Below, piece by piece: positions 61,885-64,000 of a DNA stretch of 64,000 nt (positions are counted from its first letter, which is position 1; each line of letters starts with the position of its first letter). Source of the DNA: Ignavibacteriota bacterium (GTDB lineage Bacteria > Bacteroidota > Ignavibacteria > UBA10030); the NCBI GenBank assembly GCA_963701295.1, contig OY969585.1:1344001-1408000 (forward strand), written 5' to 3'. A program made the position numbers and the translations under genes. The notes below the pieces were generated by a model. The model was not told where the DNA came from, ran no database searches, and saw nothing but the letters and a program-made list of their open reading frames with translations.

Positions 61885-62152
61885 GCCTAACGGACGGATG
61901 CTAATCCCGATTTGACAAACTTGATGCTTTATATTAAGCTTTGGTCGAATCGAGGATCTCGTAAAGCGGGAGTTGCGGCACTGCAAACTTTCAAATTGTT
62001 GATAACGAAACAAGTTCATTCTGAAAAGTTTATTATTAAACATCCGAACCTCTATATGCCATGCTTAACGTACCTATGCTCATTCATAATTAGTATCACG
62101 CTTCGCGTGATTCATTCTTCTGGACAAGCCGAGCTTGAGCACCTGGTTAGGC
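61885..62152 (-). repeat. Long (268 bp) attC-like site
   Basis: R'' GCCTAAC-cagg-TGCTCAA ... TTAGCA-tccgtcc-GTTAGGC R'; the L boxes pair with one extrahelical base. Confidence 0.7.
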
Positions 62153-62182
62153 GGCGAACTATCGGTCAAGAACTCTTGCAAG

Positions 62183-62872
62183 TTAAATCGCTATTTTTTT
62201 AATACTATTTCCTTTAGTTATAGCAGCAACTTTATCAGCAAGTGTTGGACTGACTTTTAGAACTTGAGCCTTGGTGAGCTTATGCCAAACAGTGAGAATT
62301 ACCTTATGGCCATCCATCTCACGCGCAGTAAGTCCATTTAATTCATATTGTGGCCAATTCTTAGAAAAAAACGCCTGAGATAAGATAACAATTCCATATC
62401 GGGAATTTGCAAGTCCATGGTCAATTGATTGCCGCAAACTATCACCAACTTGAAGCTCAAACTCATCATACCAAATTCTATAACCCATTTTTTCAAGAGC
62501 ATTGGCTAAAGGACGCACTATTACTTTTTTATCTTCTGACGCGTGAGAGATAAAAGCGTCATAACCTATATCTTCAGAATTAATTAAAGATTTCTCAAAA
62601 TCGTCCGCGCTCATTCGAAGCATAAGTCCTATGTGCATTGAGAATGCTTCGTCTGCAGATTTAAAAGCGGATTTAGGGTAAAGGTTCATCGGCGTCCCGC
62701 CTCCGACAACCCACCATTCTGGATCTTTCTTATCTGTGGTAGTAACTGAAAGAACAATATCTTCGCGACCAAGGAGATGAAAGCGTTCAGCGAAGGAAAC
62801 GCGTTTCACTTTTGTATGAGCTTCTAGCTCAACATAATCTTTCGCATGTTTGACCAGTTGTTTTAGATTCAT
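62183..62872 (-). CDS. Cassette-borne TIR-domain protein with uncharacterised N-terminal domain
   Basis: YDAFISHASEDK, WYDEF, GDSLRQSID.GL, WPQYEL (catalytic Glu). Confidence 0.9.
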   Translation of the reverse strand: MNLKQLVKHAKDYVELEAHTKVKRVSFAERFHLLGREDIVLSVTTTDKKDPEWWVVGGGTPMNLYPKSAFKSADEAFSMHIGLMLRMSADDFEKSLINSEDIGYDAFISHASEDKKVIVRPLANALEKMGYRIWYDEFELQVGDSLRQSIDHGLANSRYGIVILSQAFFSKNWPQYELNGLTAREMDGHKVILTVWHKLTKAQVLKVSPTLADKVAAITKGNSIKKIAI

Positions 62873-62887
62873 AGTAATGTATTTTTT

Positions 62888-63027
62888 TGGCCGCCTAACT
62901 ATGATTAGACGGACAAGTCCGGCGTAACAATATTACTCGGATTGGTCCGCGTAATATACATTACATGGATCAGTCTGCGTAATAAATGTTATCATGGATT
63001 TGTCTACTAATGTATACACTACAACTA
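62888..63027 (-). other. attI-like recombination site embedded in tandem 28-bp dif-like units
   Basis: GTCTAATCATA-GTTAGGC core; TTA-initiated arms at 62905, 62933, 62961 and 62989 (28-bp period). Confidence 0.7.
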
Positions 63028-63083
63028 CCCCTTGCATTCTAAGAAGGCCTTGGCACAGGCTTTGTAAATTTAGCGCTTGCGCT

Positions 63084-63112
63084 AATATAACAGTTCATTT
63101 TCAAGTTGTCAA
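63084..63112 (-). promoter_or_regulatory. Pc-like sigma70 promoter reading into the cassette array
   Basis: TTGACA (63112-63107)-N17-TATATT (63089-63084); palindrome TTAGCGC-tt-GCGCTAA at 63070-63085. Confidence 0.72.
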
Positions 63113-63569
63113 TCCATTCGGAAGAAGCATAACATTTCGACCACTAAAAAAGGCAGCAACCATCACCGCCTCTGGTTCGAACTATGAACAGCCTGAACAG
63201 ATTGCTCTTTCATCGTCGTTCTGGAAAGGCGCAGCAGTAAAGCTCCGCGTGATCTCCACTGCCTCGGACAAACACAGCCGTATAATCTCTTTCAGATTGT
63301 CTGTATGTGCCTGAGGTGTGGGCGGGAACTCTGTCCGAAAATTTTTCTCTTTTTTATCAAAAACCTGAAGGACAAATGAATCACAATATCTGATAGAGAG
63401 ATTTATCGGATTGAATACCTAAATTCTCAACTAACAATTATGTTAAAACCTTGGATAGACTTTCTTCTTGATTATTTGCGTGTTTATAGCTATATTTTTA
63501 AATATTTTTTTGCAAAGTCTGTTCGTTTCCTTGCCAATTTTGATAGCTTCCGGCTGAGCCGGAGTTCAC

Positions 63570-64000
63570 GTGGTGGTTTTTGTGGCTGAATTTCGGATAA
63601 ATATCGCAAATCTCTCGGAAGGAATTCACGAGTATGTCTTTGAAGCCGAACCTTCCAAGATCGGTTTGGATGAGCGATTCAGGAGCATCGTAAAGGTCAA
63701 GGTAAAGCTCGATAAGAGTTTACGTCAAATTCTCCTTCAGGTGAAAATGTGGGCTGAAGGGGAATTTATTTGCGACCGGTGTCTTGATAATTTTATTTGG
63801 CAGATGGATAAGAAGTATTCTATGGTTTATATCCAAGGCAACCGATCCACAATCGATTTGAAAAAAGGAGAGGAAATTCAGGTTCTTTCTGCAGATACGA
63901 ATTACGTCGATCTGGATGAGGATGTGAGGCAATATATACTTTTAGCCATCCCGCAGAAACTTTTATGTCAAGAAGATTGTTTGGGTATCTGCCCAACATG
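63570..64000 (+). CDS. yceD: DUF177/YceD family protein (3' end outside the window)
   Basis: GTG start after GGAG; CDRCL, VDLDEDVRQYILLAIP, LCQEDCLGICP. Confidence 0.9.
   Translation, partial: MVVFVAEFRINIANLSEGIHEYVFEAEPSKIGLDERFRSIVKVKVKLDKSLRQILLQVKMWAEGEFICDRCLDNFIWQMDKKYSMVYIQGNRSTIDLKKGEEIQVLSADTNYVDLDEDVRQYILLAIPQKLLCQEDCLGICPT

Larger units (their letters stand above)
61405..63112 (-). mobile_element. Integron-like cassette array (Pc, attI-like site, two cassettes) lacking an integrase gene
   Basis: Minus-strand GTTAGGC cores precede each gene (62899, 61891) and GCCTAAC inverse cores follow each gene (62152, 61467). Upstream promoter TTGACA-N17-TATATT. Confidence 0.8.

Noticed and set aside
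57728-62185. Stop-codon recoding suggested by two in-frame TAA codons
   Set aside because: TAA terminates many conserved genes in this window normally; point mutation or error is simpler.
61912-62202. 96-aa plus-strand ORF inside the long attC
   Set aside because: TTG start without an RBS, runs through the attC arm, and has no recognisable motifs.
62905-63010. 28-bp periodic repeats as a CRISPR array
   Set aside because: Units are contiguous and degenerate with only 5-6 bp between them; there are no unique spacers and no cas genes.
62994-63314. 106-aa ORF as an integrase remnant
   Set aside because: No tyrosine-recombinase R-H-R-Y or IntI motifs; it overlaps the promoter and repeats and is probably spurious.
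63438-63448. TTATGTTAAAA, a perfect XerD-like half site
   Set aside because: No XerC arm at 6-bp spacing, and an AT-rich 10-mer can arise by chance. Not called as chromosomal dif.
91-63932. Numerous 60-170 aa antisense or overlapping ORFs in the track
   Set aside because: They are shadows of well-supported genes on the other strand or frame and have no motifs.

Overview
This is chromosomal DNA from an FCB-group bacterium, most likely Ignavibacteria-like (inferred from the PorZ-type protein, gene content and promoter style). Positions 1-14.6 kb hold a large multiheme cytochrome locus with about 60 heme-c motifs counted by eye. It encodes CbcL-like and ImcH-like quinol oxidoreductases, a Rieske/cytochrome b complex with an 11-heme partner, a periplasmic tetraheme, a beta-barrel, a 14-heme cytochrome, two lipoprotein cytochromes and CcmF. 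A convergent hemX-A-C-D-E-H-Y heme operon follows (15.5-23.1 kb). A hairpin-punctuated nuclease/methylase island with a triplicated nuclease-fold gene spans 23.4-27.9 kb. Positions 28-52 kb are mostly housekeeping (secDF, ppiD, aroKB, PBP1A, fni, ptsHI, crp, ribH, porZ). Four adjacent proteins at 52-57 kb have degenerate active sites. Between tRNA-Pro(GGG) and yceD lies an integron-like unit with no integrase gene. It consists of a Pc-like promoter, an attI-like site built from tandem 28-bp dif-like units, a TIR-domain cassette, an unusually long attC and a membrane-protein cassette. Four +1 frameshifts in otherwise intact genes look like sequencing errors. All calls come from reading motifs; no searches were run.
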